Source of the DNA: Balanoglossus misakiensis
Lineage: Eukaryota; Animalia; Hemichordata
Assembly: GCA_040954595.2 (NCBI GenBank)
Contig: CM082592.2
Span: 11,168,017-11,232,016, forward strand
Direction of reading: 5' to 3'
Length of the DNA: 64,000 nt
The notes beneath the pieces are model-generated. The model made no database searches. It was not told the DNA's origin and saw only the letters and a program-made list of their open reading frames with translations. Every line of letters begins with the position of its first letter. Position 1 is the stretch's first letter. The position numbers and the translations under genes are program-made. Shown here piece after piece: positions 50,601 through 64,000 of the stretch.

Positions 50601-53600
50601 ACCCTGATCAAATTCTTTTCAATGTCGCTCTGCTGCTAATCACAAGGCCAAAGTACTTTGATTCTGTAGTTTGCATCCTCACATAATCTTAAGTTAGTTA
50701 CTTGTAAATCTAGTTCTGACTGCCTTCTGTTTGAATGAGTTGCATGATCAATTGTTACCAGTGAGAAAACTGCGAGTGTATTGTATGTAGTGCCCCAGGT
50801 TATCACAAGACAATGAAATATTGGAGTCTGACACAAAGACAGTTGGCGTGGAGTACTGTACCATATGTTGTTCCCATTTTCATCAGCACCTTTTTTTTTG
50901 ACAAATTTTTTTGACAAAAAAAAGGTGAAAGATTGATTTGTGCAATGACTATGAGAAATCTTATCTTTCTCACATGACCATAAAATATGTTGAATTTGCG
51001 CTTGAGTAGAAATCTTTACTTTATTGAATTATTGACTGCAAACTGTTGTCTTGCACATTCACAATGATATATATAATATGAATTCAATTTTATTTTTTGT
51101 GTTTGTTTTAGTGACCCTCCACTACAAGAAGAAGACTTGCCTCCAGGAGAATGGTTATGTCACAGATGCACAGTATTGCCAGAGGTGGGTTGGCTAGAAA
51201 TTTCTTTTTCTTCATCTTTATTGTCTGCTTTTGAAATAATGTCAGCTCCTTGAGTTATTCTGTGCGTTGATATGATGTGGTTTTGAATATTACATCAACA
51301 TCGATTGAAGCACTGGTATGTGGTTAGAGCAGTTAGCTCAGCTTTATGTACAGTAGATACACTGTACAATGATGTTTGCGATCTGTTTAGCTAGACAAAT
51401 AGCAACCTCTTCCAAGTAAGGGTTATGTAATGTCCTAACCTTTATTTTACAGGGTTCATTTGTACAGACCAGGTCATATCAGATTGAGAACCTGGTGGAA
51501 GATATCTTAGATATGAGTGTTTATCATATTATACACAATCTGGCTAGGCCTTGGCTTCCTGTGGCTGAGAAATTCAGTCACAATAAAATTCAGACATTCA
51601 AATATCAAGCAAAAAGCAATTAGTGAATTGAATACACCTGTGTATGCCCCAGGGATTTTTTAGGGTTCATCTGTTGTTAGCATTTGTATTCTTACTTTCT
51701 CCCGTATAGATACCAGATGATGCATGTTCGACCACAAGTACCGCAACAGACAGGTCATCTGTTCATAGCTGGAAAGAGAGAGAGAAACCCAAACCAATCA
51801 TGAGACTACACGAGAGACTCTTACACAGGCAGCTGTCTGCAACCACCAAAGATTATCAAAGTCCAGATGAAGCATCTGAACCCGAATTAGAACCAGATCC
51901 CGAGCCGGAGCCGTTGCCTGAGCCAGAGCCAGAAGAGTCGCCCTTCCAGATGCTAGTCCGGGCTGCAGCAGTGGATAATCCCAAACAATTCCAGCTTCCC
52001 AATGAAATGTTGATTAGTTATCCATTACCAGGTACATATGACCTTCGTGTCTGACATTGTCCGGTTTAATTTCCTGTTTTGTAGGACTGAAGCACTTGGA
52101 AATTTCTATAAATAAGAATGATTTCTGTATGCAAACCTTGTTGATACACAAGATTGAATTTTTTAGACCAGTCAGGGACAATGAAAACCTTTAAAACTTA
52201 GTTGATTAGATTATATGTGTAACTTCAATATGGGAATACATGATTTTAGCATGCCTATTTGATTTTCATCTCTAGGTACAAGTAAAAAGAGGAAAAAAGA
52301 TGAGATTTCTGGCAAAACTTCCAAGAAACCAAATGAGCGAGATAACAATGGACTGGTACCATTACCAGCTAAGCTTTGTTTTGTTTGTAGTAGGTAAGTG
52401 GACAACTCTTGTAGTGCATCATGGTCAAAAACAGCCAGAAAAGTCTTTAACAGTACAGTCTTGCATGATGCAAACAACATGAAGTGATCAGTGAAGTCAT
52501 CTTGAGAGTTGGATACGGTTGCAAGCTCTTGGGCGTATTTTTCCCAGTTTGAGACTATCTCTGTATTTCGTTTGTGTCTTGTAGGAGTTGTCGGAATGCA
52601 GTGTTACTACAGTGCGACTACTGTCCGTTACTCTTTCACATGGATTGCGTGGAACCTCCACTGACAACACTGCCAACGGGTCGATGGATGTGTCCCAATC
52701 ATCCAGAACATGTCATGGTAAGAACAAAGTTCATTACATCAGCCACGGAAAAACACAGTTCTGATTATAGACATGATATGACCTTCATTTTGAAATCAGC
52801 AATGTTAGTTGTGGTACATTGGGAACAAAAAGGACGTCTGAAACACTGTCTTCATGTAAAATGCAAAAATCTTTGATTTCAGCCGGAATTCAATAGTGCC
52901 AGTCTTACAGAACGATGCAAACTTCACGACAAGTTCCATGGCAGGATATCGGAGCATGCCATCAAACTTTCATTTTTGAAGAAAATCCACAGGAAACATC
53001 CGCCAAATGATAGGCATAAACCACAGAAGAGGAAAATGATGAAGGTAAGAACAGGGTCTTTCATGGGATGGGGACTTATGTATTTTGCATGGCTTATGGT
53101 GCTAGTAACTATTCATTGTTCAGTGACATTAGAAGCAGGCATATTTGTGTTGATGTATCCTGCTAATTACCATAGTGTCTCTGAAAAATCGTGCAGAAGA
53201 AACCATTTTGTGATAATAACAGGATGTCACCAATGCGAACTTAGAAGCCTGTCATAACGTTTTGCAGATGACTTATCAGCATAATCTGTGATTTTCCTTT
53301 CATTGGACATATTTTGGCTTCTAATAGGACATAAATACATATCTGTGTAGCATTTTATTTAATTAATGATGAGATTCATGACTGCACCTGGTGTTATTCA
53401 ATACCGGTATTACATGAGGCAAGTTTTTGCTCAGTTCCTGGTGACATGTAACGATGTCTGTTTGTTTGTTTGTTTGCAGGTTCCTCAAGCAATTAAAGCG
53501 CAATATGCCTTAGCTCCCCCTCTGCTGCCCCCTCCACTGCAGTCTTTTCCATCACCTTCAAAAACACAGGGTTATGTGTGTACACCAGAGGAACAGGAAG

Positions 53601-53634
53601 AGGTAGAGTTTGTCTGTTTGTTTGTTTGTTTGTT

Positions 53635-53673
<39 letters not shown>

Positions 53674-56206
53674 TCATACATCCACAGGGTGTTGTACACC
53701 AGAAGTAGTGATGTTGAGTTTTGTGTGATTGTGTGTGTATTTGACTGTCTGACTTTGATGTTAGTTGGCAAGAAAAACAACCTCATGTTACTGTGTGTCA
53801 TCATAGGGTTTCAAACATATGTTTCTTCATAGAAAGTCTGGAAGGCAGATGTGTGTACTGTGTGTGCCTCACGGCCTTTTGTCTTTTATTTCAGTGGCTG
53901 AGAAACGTGGTAGCTTTACAGTGTAATGTGGCCAGGTTCCTCACACAGAAAAATGCCAAAGTCTCATCTGTGGACGTCAAACCCAAAGTCGAACCAAGCC
54001 CCACGGGCAAATCAGGGAACTCGACGACGACGACACCCGCGCGACAAACCACGCCAAGTCCAACCAGCTCCGTCAGTAGTTTGAGTTCCTCGTCCAGCAG
54101 TGTCAATGTCAATGTCAACGGAAGGATAGAAGAAGATCAAATGAACAATAATAAAAACTTGTGTGGCAAAGCCAGTCTTTCAAATGGACCTGTGTACAAC
54201 GGCTCTCCAGCTGTCAATGGTGGTGGACCCACTATGAATGGGGCAGATGAATTAGACTCTGGCTCGGATATTAAACCAAAAACATATCTTAATCATGCTG
54301 TGCCCAGGCAAATGCAGCAGGGTGGTAACTCTTCGAGTGTGTTTAACAAATTGCCAACAGGAACCTCGGGAAGCAAGAGTGTGTTGAGCATTCCTCTCAG
54401 TAAACCGAACGGACAAGTCAAAGTCATTCCTACTTCAACAGCCTCGTTGCAAAGTACTAAAGTCATAGTCAGTAATGCAGGGAGTAGGGCCCCTGTCTCC
54501 ACAACTGTCTCAGTACTGCCAACGCAAAAGACTCTTACGCAGAGCGGCAAGACTGTTTTGCCGACAACTACTCCACCGTCCGGAAATAAACTTCCGAATT
54601 CACCGGCTGGTGGGAGTTCAAACACCAATGTCCAGGGTAAAGGTGGTTTGTCTTCATTAACAGGTACAGTTGGATTCACTATAAATTTAAACAAAAGAAC
54701 ACAATGAAATTATTTGACATGAAACAAGTAAATATGATGAGAAACTGTTACTAATTTTCAATGCCATTGTTTATTTCAGGTAAAAGCAGCTCCACGACAT
54801 CTTCGGGCTCTCTCAATTCTCTGTCCAAACTTAACACTGCCAATCTGAGCACATCACCAGCTATTACCAATCTGAATAATTCCTTACAAGCCAGTATAGA
54901 TGGTGTGTCAGGTAGGTGTCTGTGGATGGTGTTCTGTTCTGGCAATGGTTATAGCGCCCTCGCTTCCAGGCTGCATTTGTCTCCATGTGTTTTCATTCAT
55001 GAACCCAGTGACCTGAAACAAACTGATGACATGGTATACCTATGCTTTGTTGCAGACATAGAGCTTAGCAAGTTGGATGAGAGGCTGGTACAGATACTTG
55101 CATATCAAAGGTTGCAACAATTACTGCCTCAGAGGGTGAGTAAAGAAATCAACTGTTTTACAGACCACCATATAGAGGTGGCCATTAACACAGGCTTGAC
55201 TGTAATGCTCGGAATAAACACACCATTTGGTTCTTGGTGCTTGACTATAAAGCTAAGAGAGTTCTTATTTTTTTGCAGCCAACTACTCCAGTCAAGAAGC
55301 CCTCCAACATCAGCAACACAATGCCAAGTCCACAACCACAGAATCAGCTGAGAGCCAGGGCCATGTTGTGTCCACTCACAGGCAAAGGTGCCCCGGTAGC
55401 TATGTGTTACAGAGCTCTGCATATAGGAACAGGTATGGAGACATAGTGTTGTTAATGAGACCCCCCCCCCCCCCCACAGTCTTGCTATGTATCTGTGTTA
55501 AGTCGTATGCTTGGCTAACATTTTTTTTCATCTTTGATAACAGGAAGTGATATGGATGTATGTCTTACAAATTTCGGACACTGCAATTTTGTGTCAGCCA
55601 AACATGCGTGTATATTCTATGATGAGGTAAGGTCATGTTCTGTTTATTTCTCTGTCATCATGATTGTTATTTTGTTATCTGTGTTTTATATGGAGTTGAA
55701 AGGATGTCTGACATTCCAGGATGTAAAGGGAGATACTTGAAAACTTTAAATTTCCATCTTTTATCCTTGATACACAGACGACCAAACATTACGAGCTGTT
55801 GAACTACAGCGAACATGGCACCACAGTGGACAACGTGCTGTATTCTTGCGACTTTTCCGACAAGATCACAGCAATGCCACCAGCAAACAGCATCGTCAGC
55901 AAAGTTCGCAGCATCATCGATAATTACCGTGGCAAGAAAGAAACTGATGTCCTAGAGCGTCCGACGATGTGCAACGCTTCTTCAGGCGTCAAGAAACAAT
56001 GCAACTGCAAAGCCAGCAGTTCGAGTCTCATTGGTGGCAACGGCGCAGGCTGGGAAGGAACTGCGTTGTTACATCACGGCAGCTACGTCAAAGTCGGTTG
56101 TTTACAGTTTGTATTCAGCATCACAGAACTTGCTACAAAACAGATCATTCAGGAAAAGAAGCCGGTGTTGAAAGCGCAATTGCATCGTTCCCATTCTGTT
56201 GCATGA
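47676..56206 (+). CDS. PHF12: PHD finger protein 12 (Pf1; SIN3B/HDAC complex subunit) with two PHD fingers and a C-terminal FHA domain
   Basis: Exons 47676-47723, 47845-48026, 51112-51184, 51710-52031, 52276-52393, 52585-52717, 52883-53044, 53480-53602, 53895-54663, 54780-54911, 55056-55135, 55279-55432, 55544-55626 and 55778-56206. Diagnostic motifs: [128 protein letters not shown]. Confidence 0.96.
53608..53673. repeat. Compound (TGTT)n(TGTC)n microsatellite just downstream of PHF12 exon 8
   Basis: Tetranucleotide runs are visible directly. A shorter (TGTT)n precedes the exon acceptor at 53456-53476. Confidence 0.95.
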
Positions 56207-59080
56207 AATCAAAGCCCCCAGTTTATGACGTTGAAATATATTCTAAAGCTGAAACCAATTCTGCTCCTATTGGCAAGATTGTATTTTAATCTCCTGTCAG
56301 GGAATCAGGTGTTTGGAAATCTTAGTAGTTTGTATATAATGAACTGCATTGTATTTTCAAATTAGAATGATGCATAATGCGTCTTTGTTGAAAAAAAACG
56401 CCACATCCCTGTGTGAGTAACGCACATATATTTAATTTGCTCAAGACTTTAAGAAGTCGTGTATTCCCTAAAGATTCCATTAAGGAAAGAAAACATTTGT
56501 ACATTCAATAGAATTATTGTCAAGTCCAGTTTTCTGACAAGGGCATGTAATGAACTTATATAATTATGATCCTGCAGGGCTGAAAATGTCTGAAATATCA
56601 AGTTGTTAAAAGTAATAATTTTTATTCAGATTGTGAGTCAACTTGCAGCTTCTGTGGTGTGTGTATAAAACTACATGCAAAAGTGCTGTCTTTTTTAAAG
56701 TGTTACAATTCGGAAGTGGCTTGTTAGTCCTGCAGTGTTTCTGCGTTTCAGCCCACTATTAATTAAGACAGTGTATTTGTAATTTTGCTAGTGTTTATAG
56801 CCATTTCGATACATTTTATAATATTTGCAGAGCGTGTACATTTTCTTACTGCTTATATTAGATGTGCTGTCTTTCTGGGCTCAACAAAGTAATTCCAACC
56901 AGATTGTTGGCTATTTTGCAAGGACCACTCAAAATGCTGAAAATTGAAAATAACCAAAAAAAAAGGAATGGATAGAAGAATTTATTATAATTTGTTTTCT
57001 ATATGTATTGCATTTCCTGTAAGTAACCAATTGCTAATTGTGTTGTTGCAGTATCATTATATGAAGCACCGTCAGTCAAGCCATTCATACAACATAGATG
57101 ACGTATTCTTCATCATCTTGGAAAGCTAATCAATAAGCACACAGTGCCCTGTGTTCTCCCTAGACTAATTACTGTCAAGAATATCGGCTGATACCCTTTT
57201 ATTGTGGGAAAACAATAGAAACACATTATTTAAACAAGTAATTGCATTGTTATGCAAATTAGCCAGTCAGAAATTCCTGGGGAAATACTGTGTTAGCTAA
57301 CATGCGCCCCTTCTCACTTACTGCAGATGTCCATCTTTGATATCCTGTCACCCCCATCTGCCATGCTGGTAACTGGAGTCCTTGTTTATGGAATTACAAC
57401 CAACACATTCCATTCTGTGAATAGGTGCCCGGGGGTTGATTTTTTGCACTTGCAGAATTACATGAGACCTGTTTCTGCAGATAAAATGACCACTTAGCTT
57501 TGTACATATAATATAATAATATATGTTTATTATTACTTTACGTTTATTCAGTATTTCATATATTTTACTTAACTCTCCGATTTATTCTAACTTAGTGATG
57601 TGGTCTGTTTATATGAAAGTGCCAAAATGTCAACCCACTGGAACCTGAATACAATGCACTAGTTGCTGATCTGAAAAGCAGGATATAACCTAGATTGTCC
57701 TGTTTCTAGAGTACTATACAGTTATCAAAATTTACAATAAGACTCGCAACTTATTCTGCCTATGTCTTTAACTCTTTCTGTACTTACAAATCCATTCACT
57801 TTTGTGAGATTTTAACCACTGTGCTTCATTAGCTGTGCAAGATGTGTAGTCAATTGTGACGTTGTAGGGGCTTGATTATAATGAACTTGATGACAGGGAA
57901 TGATGATCAGATTTTGCTTGACAGATTATGTGCCACAGGTGTCTCCTATAAATCTGCTTGGAAATGTCTTGCCAGATGTTCTTGCAAGCCCAATTTACAA
58001 GCCTCCTTCAGCAGACATAGGAGAACTAGTATGGTCATAAAGCAAGATCAGCTTTATCAGAAAGTGTTGCTCAGGATATCTGTGATATGGTTCAAGTTCA
58101 AAAACAAGTGAGAAAGGGCAAGTGTTGTATTATACATCTGAGATTGTGCTTCATAAAAGTATTGTACATTGCACAGTGAGATAAAAGTCATCACTTACAT
58201 CATGTAAAATCATGTTATTTTTCATAACTTATTTTTAAAAATTTGTGTATTTTTTTCTTTCTTAGAGTTCACAGTATGATACATAATGTAATATTTGTGT
58301 AAAATAGATTGGAGGAAACAGTTTACAAACATATCTGTCTCTTGTATGATTTTGATGGTGTGACAGGTGTGTGTGGTGGGTTGGTATGTGTACTCACAGT
58401 CTCTCCAAGCATGCCTTTTCAGTGGGAGTGGACCCACATTGCAGCTGTTCTGGGAAGGAAAAACACGTTGCTGATTATGAAAATTTAATACAGAAGACTT
58501 GCTTGCATTTCTTATGCGGGTCGTCGAGGGCGCAGTGCAAACTGCCAATACGCATGATCATGTCTTCATCTGTGAGAGTGAGTGCATGCTGACACAACAG
58601 ACTGTTTATAGACTGTCTGCTGTTCATAAATAACATTCCCCATTTCACTAGTTAATTATTGAATTAATGATTAACAATAATCCTTGGTTTTTCTGTGCCA
58701 ATAAACTAACATTTTAAACTGTCACATCATTAAAACATTGCATATATGATGATAGACTCACAGTCAGAGAGCTATTGCATATTCTGAGTTTGATGTAAAT
58801 CGAGATCAAAACATAGATGCTGAAAGTAAGGAAATAATAAATGAACATGCAAACTATTCACAGTTCCTGAAAAAAATCTGGGAAAGCAATGGCTTCAGCA
58901 GCATGTCTGAACTAATTAAACTTCAAAGTACCAGACTTTTTATTCCATGTTTTGTGCACTAAATAAAATGCTGGGTTTTAATTAGCTCTTACCAAAGATC
59001 TTAAAAAGAAAAGAAAAAGTTCCTTCTTGGTGTCAGTTTTACGGCAGAACGGAACAGAGTGAGATGTTGACATTTATTTG

Positions 59081-59094
59081 GTTGCTATGGTAAC
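59081..59094. promoter_or_regulatory. RFX X-box upstream of UNC119
   Basis: GTTGCTATGGTAAC matches the RFX consensus GTTGCCATGGCAAC and lies ~530 bp before the ATG. Confidence 0.6.
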
Positions 59095-59469
59095 ACTAAA
59101 ATGGACTATTTCATTGTATCCATGGCCCAAATTTCTCGTTTGGTTTTCGTACACTGTGAATTATATTCTAATTAAAGTGAAAAGTGGCACGTGGGCGCTG
59201 TGAATGTTGAATTATTCTGCGACTGCTATTTTCAGTTTTGTCACAAAAGTAAAAAATATGCAATTTGTCACCGGTGCCAGGTTAATATATGGCTGGGTAT
59301 TCTAAAGTATGGTCAAAAGCGACTTGGAAATTGTGTCATTCCCGCCGAAATATCCTCACATGTACTGACGTGGTATTTTACGGCATTGTTTGCAGTTGAA
59401 AGTCACAAATTCGGATCGATATGTACATTTCAGTGGAGCTTGGGGAAATAGAACAAGCGAGGAGATTGT

Positions 59470-59510
59470 CTACCCATCATGCACTGCAAACATCAGCGGC
59501 GTCCATATTG
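59470..59510 (+). promoter_or_regulatory. ZNF143/Staf-like site plus YY1-like motif in the UNC119 proximal promoter
   Basis: CTACCCATCATGCACTGC (59470-59487) is followed by GCGTCCATATTG. Confidence 0.45.
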
Positions 59511-59626
59511 GCTTCACGAACATTTTAGTGTTTAGTAGCTGTGTGGAGGAGAAATTTCGGCGGAAAATTCCTACACATTGCCCAGAACGATTTTCCTGTG
59601 TCTGGTTTTACGCCTACATTTTAAAC

Positions 59627-62600
59627 ATGAGTACGCAGTCGCCGGAGAAGAAAAGTGGTTCTGAGAAAAAGAAAGGGGGAGGATTTTTGGGAAGGAAAGC
59701 TAAGGCGAAGAAACAAACAGAAACTGTCATGGAAGAGGAGCTGCTCGAGAAAAAAGACGTAACGCCGGAAGATGTTCTTAAATTAGGAAAATGCACAGAA
59801 AGTACGTAATCTAACCAACATTTTATTTAATATTTTATTAACGTCGGATTCTGATACTTCTGAGTACTAGTACTGATTATCACGCAGTAAGAACAGCCGA
59901 ACAAAGTGACGAACGTTGCGGGCGGATGTGCTGTGACTTACATACTTTTATCATCGTTGTCTAGGCACATATCTAAAGGTGCCATGATACTTTGTTTTGG
60001 AAAACTATGATCTTTATTGGTGTTATGGTTACCTGTTCTGGATTAGTCGTGTTTGTGACAGTAAAATAGTTTAAGTGTCACTATAACATGGCTGGTGTTT
60101 CAGATCTTTTGGAGGGCAGGGACAAAGGTCTTGTAATTGAGCCTGTATGTGAACTGTGGTCAGAGTGGGAACAACCGAGACGAATAATATTTATGTATTC
60201 TGAGAAATACTTACCATTTTATAGCTACTAATTGCAGAATAGACCTTGAACTGACTAAATTATAATAATCCGTTCCCGATAGTTGAAGGTTATGCATCAG
60301 CGCTCCTTTGTATTGTGAGGGTTGTGTGGTGTGGTAGTTAAAATCAAAAGGACCCAGCTAATATTACCCAAAAGATTGATTTGGTGGTAAGTTGAAACAT
60401 AGACACTACAGCATGTATATGTAACATGAGAGTTGATTTAAAGGGAATGCTAGACCTTGCCAGAGGTGCAAATCAAAGAACCCATCTGTTGCCATGGCGA
60501 ACTTATAATACAAGCATTGTGTTACCACAGCAGCAATGATTGATACTGATAGTACCCTAATCATTCATAGTTGTCTTGACGCAAACTTCTCTGAGTTCGT
60601 CAGTCTGTCATAAGTGTATTCCATTCCTAGAATTTGAAATTCTGGGCAAGAGCAATTTCGTAATTGTGCATATTACATTAATGGCTGATTGGCACTTACA
60701 CATAATTGCTACGCTCCGGTTATTCAAATAAACCCCACATTATTTGAAATCAACATTATCAAGGACTATGGGATGCGCAAGGTATTGTTTAGAGGTCCTT
60801 GTATACTGTGTCATATAGAATTATATTAACGTAATAATCTCTGTTTTGAATGTTTTGATGATTATGTGAGGGGAAAATGGCATATATTGAATTACATGTA
60901 CAAGAAAGAGATACTGAATGATTCGTGTTCAGTAAAATGAAAACTACATTGCATATAATTTGCATTGTGGAGGTTTCTACCTTGAGTTGGCACTCATTCA
61001 AATTTATTCAGGAGAATGCCTTCATGAGAAATATTTGACATAAAAGTCTAATCAATTCCATCAATTTAGCATGTTTACCAAGGCCATCCCATTATAACGT
61101 TGATTAGCATTTTCTCCTGCTATATTTTTTTTACAAATTCACCGACTTCACTTGAACTAGGTCTACTAAAAGAGACAACAACCCATATTTGTGACTGAGA
61201 TATGCACGTCTCAATAAATACCATACTTAGCTGTCTCATTACAATGTTGCCTTTTGTGTTGAACCAGAGTGTGTCCTGTGATGCGTTTCCTGTTAGCTCA
61301 ACTTACAATGTATGAATACACCAATGTACGGTAGTGTTATTATATACCAAATATGCATTCATAGGTCAGTTTATGGTAGCAGTTTGGCTTTCTGGTGCTG
61401 GCAGGCAGGGATAACGAAGCTGTTGTCTGGGTACAGATGAGGTGGTGTACATTTCTTGTGTTGTGGTGTACATTATCACTTGCTTGTGTGCTGCAATTGT
61501 TAATAGTGTGAAGCAAAAGTTAAAATTGGAGCTGTAATTTGGTGTTTTTGGAAATTTCTCACCAATTTATAATAACAAAACACCGAAGTTTGTATTGATT
61601 TATTTCTGTCACTTTCATAAAAGGAAAAAGGAGCCTCAATCAATTTTCTGGGAAGGACTATGCTACATGGCATTGTAAATTTCACTTTTTTTCATTATGT
61701 TATGTTGCATACATACATGTAATTTTATTTCACAAATCATAAATCAGATGCTTTCCATAAAGGTACAAGTCATTTCCTTCTGTCTAATGGACTGCGTGAC
61801 CATCAAACATATCCTTTTAATACTAAATTATAGGTCTTGGCTTGCAAACCAGGGTGTTCATATCGGATGCAATGAACAAGCAGCAGCTGTTGATAGAAAC
61901 GACTTTCTTCTTCGGATAATGAAGAGGTTATTATGTTCTTGAGATATTGAAAGTACCAAAAACCCTAATCCTAATTGGTCGTTTGTTAGTATATGTAGAT
62001 TACAACTTGAACCATGTGTTTTCATGGTTCAATTGTCATTCATCTAATTATAATCTCATTATAAAGCAATTGATGTAATACTCCAGTATTAAATCCTGGT
62101 TTTGTCTGATTTATGGAGTCATATTTCTAAAATCCACTGACCTTTCTGTCTGAGTATAAAAGACTGCCAGATTTGATTAGGCTACAGATGATGGAAGACC
62201 AGGAAATGAATGGCTTGCATTTATCCCGGAGATAAAATTGGATGACATTTGGAAACTCTGTGGAGATGTGACTGTTATTTCTCAAGAATGAAGATTCTAG
62301 ATCTCCTCTTTTCCATCTCAGAACTCAGATGTTTTCTGCATCTTTTGTGTCCAACTCAATCTGAATCTCAGCCAATTGGATTTTGTGAGAGTTTTCAATC
62401 ATATGATCACCTAACAAGGTCAGCTGGTGCAGTGACAATACACTGTGTAAGGCTATTGAGGGATGGAAATTGACATCCAACAAGAATTGTTATCCTGTTC
62501 ATGCAGATGGCAATTCTTTCTACAGTTTGATTATAGTTAGAATATAGTTGAATAAAATTTCAATATTTTAATCACTGGCAATAAAAGGTTAATATTAACA

Positions 62601-63908
62601 GTTTCAATAACTGAAAGCAACTGTTCCTCTGTTGTCAGCTGCTCAGGTCAAGGTCAACTTGAGGAATTTGTGAAGGGTAATAAAATTAAATGTCCTTTTT
62701 TGATTGCTGATAATAAAATTTCAATATTTTATTTCGTTTGTGCATTTCAGATTATCTTTGTGAACCTGATGCGAATGTCTTCAACATAGATTTTACAAGG
62801 TTCAAAATCCGTGATATGGACTCAGGCACAGTGTTGTTTGAGATCGCCAAACCGCCACCTTCAGGTAATTATTCATTGTGGTCTGCTTTTCTTCTTCCTT
62901 TTTACTTAATGAGTTTTTTGTAGGTTTCCAAAAATTAATTAGCAGTGGCCAGTACTCTTAATTGCCATGGGAATGGAATTAATATGACAAAAATTTGTTC
63001 AAGCCTACATCTGATGCACAGTGAGAACATTTGTTTGATGTGTGTGTTTTTATGTTCTCCTATATTCTCCTTCAGAGGATGATGATGAACTTGAAGCAGA
63101 CTCTGAGGATATCGACCCAAATGCTGGTAGATTTGTAAGGTATCAATTCACCCCACAGTTCTTGAAACTACAGAATGTTGGCGCAACGTAAGTATGCTAT
63201 ATTTGTCTTATGCTTTGAACATCACACAGGCGCTATCTGTCTGTCTGTCTGACAATATTAGTATTGATTGATATCGGCTTTGTGGTCTAGTGTCTGCAAT
63301 GTTTCCTTGTTGACAGGGCAAAAGCATTCCAGCTGTAAACTAGTGACATTCACTGACTCCTTTGTTCAGATTCATGTACTTTGAAGCCGTCTCTAACAAT
63401 CATCATTTATTTTACTCTTTTGATATTACAGGGTTGAATTTACAGTAGGTGACAAACCAGTGAATAATTTCCGAATGATTGAGAGACATTACTTCAGAGA
63501 AAGGCTGCTTAAGAGTTTTGACTTCAACTTTGGTTTCTGCATTCCAAACAGTAAGAACACATGTGAACATATATATGAATTTCCAGAACTCACACCTGAA
63601 GAAAGTAAGTACTTCACTCAACTAGACTTTTCTTTCAGTATAAACTTTCACATTAGACTTATTCTTATTTTCCAAAAAGATTCTGCTATTTGTTGAGTGT
63701 TGATTTCTTGTATATAAGTCCAGCGCCCTCGTGCATCTATCGTGAATTTGAACTGATTTTTTTCATCTTATTTGTGTCTATTGCAGGTCAAGAAATGATT
63801 GACAATCCTTTTGAAACCAGGTCTGACAGTTATTACTTTGTTGACAACAAACTGATAATGCACAACAAAGCTGATTATGCGTACAATGGTGGACAAGGTG
63901 CCATGTGA
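59627..63908 (+). CDS. UNC119: UNC-119 homolog (myristoylated-cargo chaperone, ciliary trafficking)
   Basis: Exons 59627-59801, 62751-62864, 63076-63187, 63432-63604 and 63787-63908. Motifs: [124 protein letters not shown]. Confidence 0.97.
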
Positions 63909-64000
63909 TTGGCACGTCTGGATATTACTTGAGGCGTGAAACCAACTTCTCTTTTTACTTTCCAAATTTGAGAATTCAAACAAAAGCTACACCCTTCCGA

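Noticed and set aside
1-64000. U12-type introns, stop-codon readthrough contexts, selenocysteine codons, CRISPR arrays, rRNA/tRNA genes
   Set aside because: All modelled introns have ordinary GT donors without the GTATCCTT signature, no stop has a TGA-CTA context, no in-frame TGA was needed in any model, and no repeat-spacer array or structural RNA gene was recognised by eye.

Overview
Gene-dense, AT-rich animal genomic DNA with spliceosomal (GT-AG) introns. It is probably from an invertebrate deuterostome such as a hemichordate; this is inferred from gene content and vertebrate-like proteins, not proven. I spliced eleven protein-coding genes by hand. In order they are: SARM1 (ARM-domain exon, minus, continues off the left edge), an HCFC1R1/CCDC117-like gene (+), MZT2 (-), OSBP (+, 14 exons over ~21.5 kb), a matrin/CIZ1-type zinc-finger gene (-), a prokaryote-style PfpI/YhbO (DJ-1 superfamily) gene with five introns (+), serine dehydratase (-), two tandem UNC93A-like MFS genes (+), PHF12 (+) and UNC119 (+). 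The first eight genes form four consecutive head-to-head pairs, several with ZNF143-, YY1- or M-box-like motifs between them. Repeats include a long fold-back element, a TTAA-flanked piggyBac-type MITE with degenerate sister copies, and microsatellites. The best leads are: (1) a single protein combining HCFC1R1 and CCDC117 hallmarks; (2) an intron-containing PfpI-type gene in an animal; (3) a UNC93A paralog with tandem M-box/CLEAR-like sites and a C-terminal YxxPhi motif; (4) a His-to-Ser change in the SARM1 NMN/NAD+ pocket; (5) a candidate poison exon in PHF12; (6) SARM1-PHF12-UNC119 linkage matching human 17q11.2. No rRNA, tRNA or CRISPR array was recognised. Comparisons to human proteins are from memory, not from database searches.
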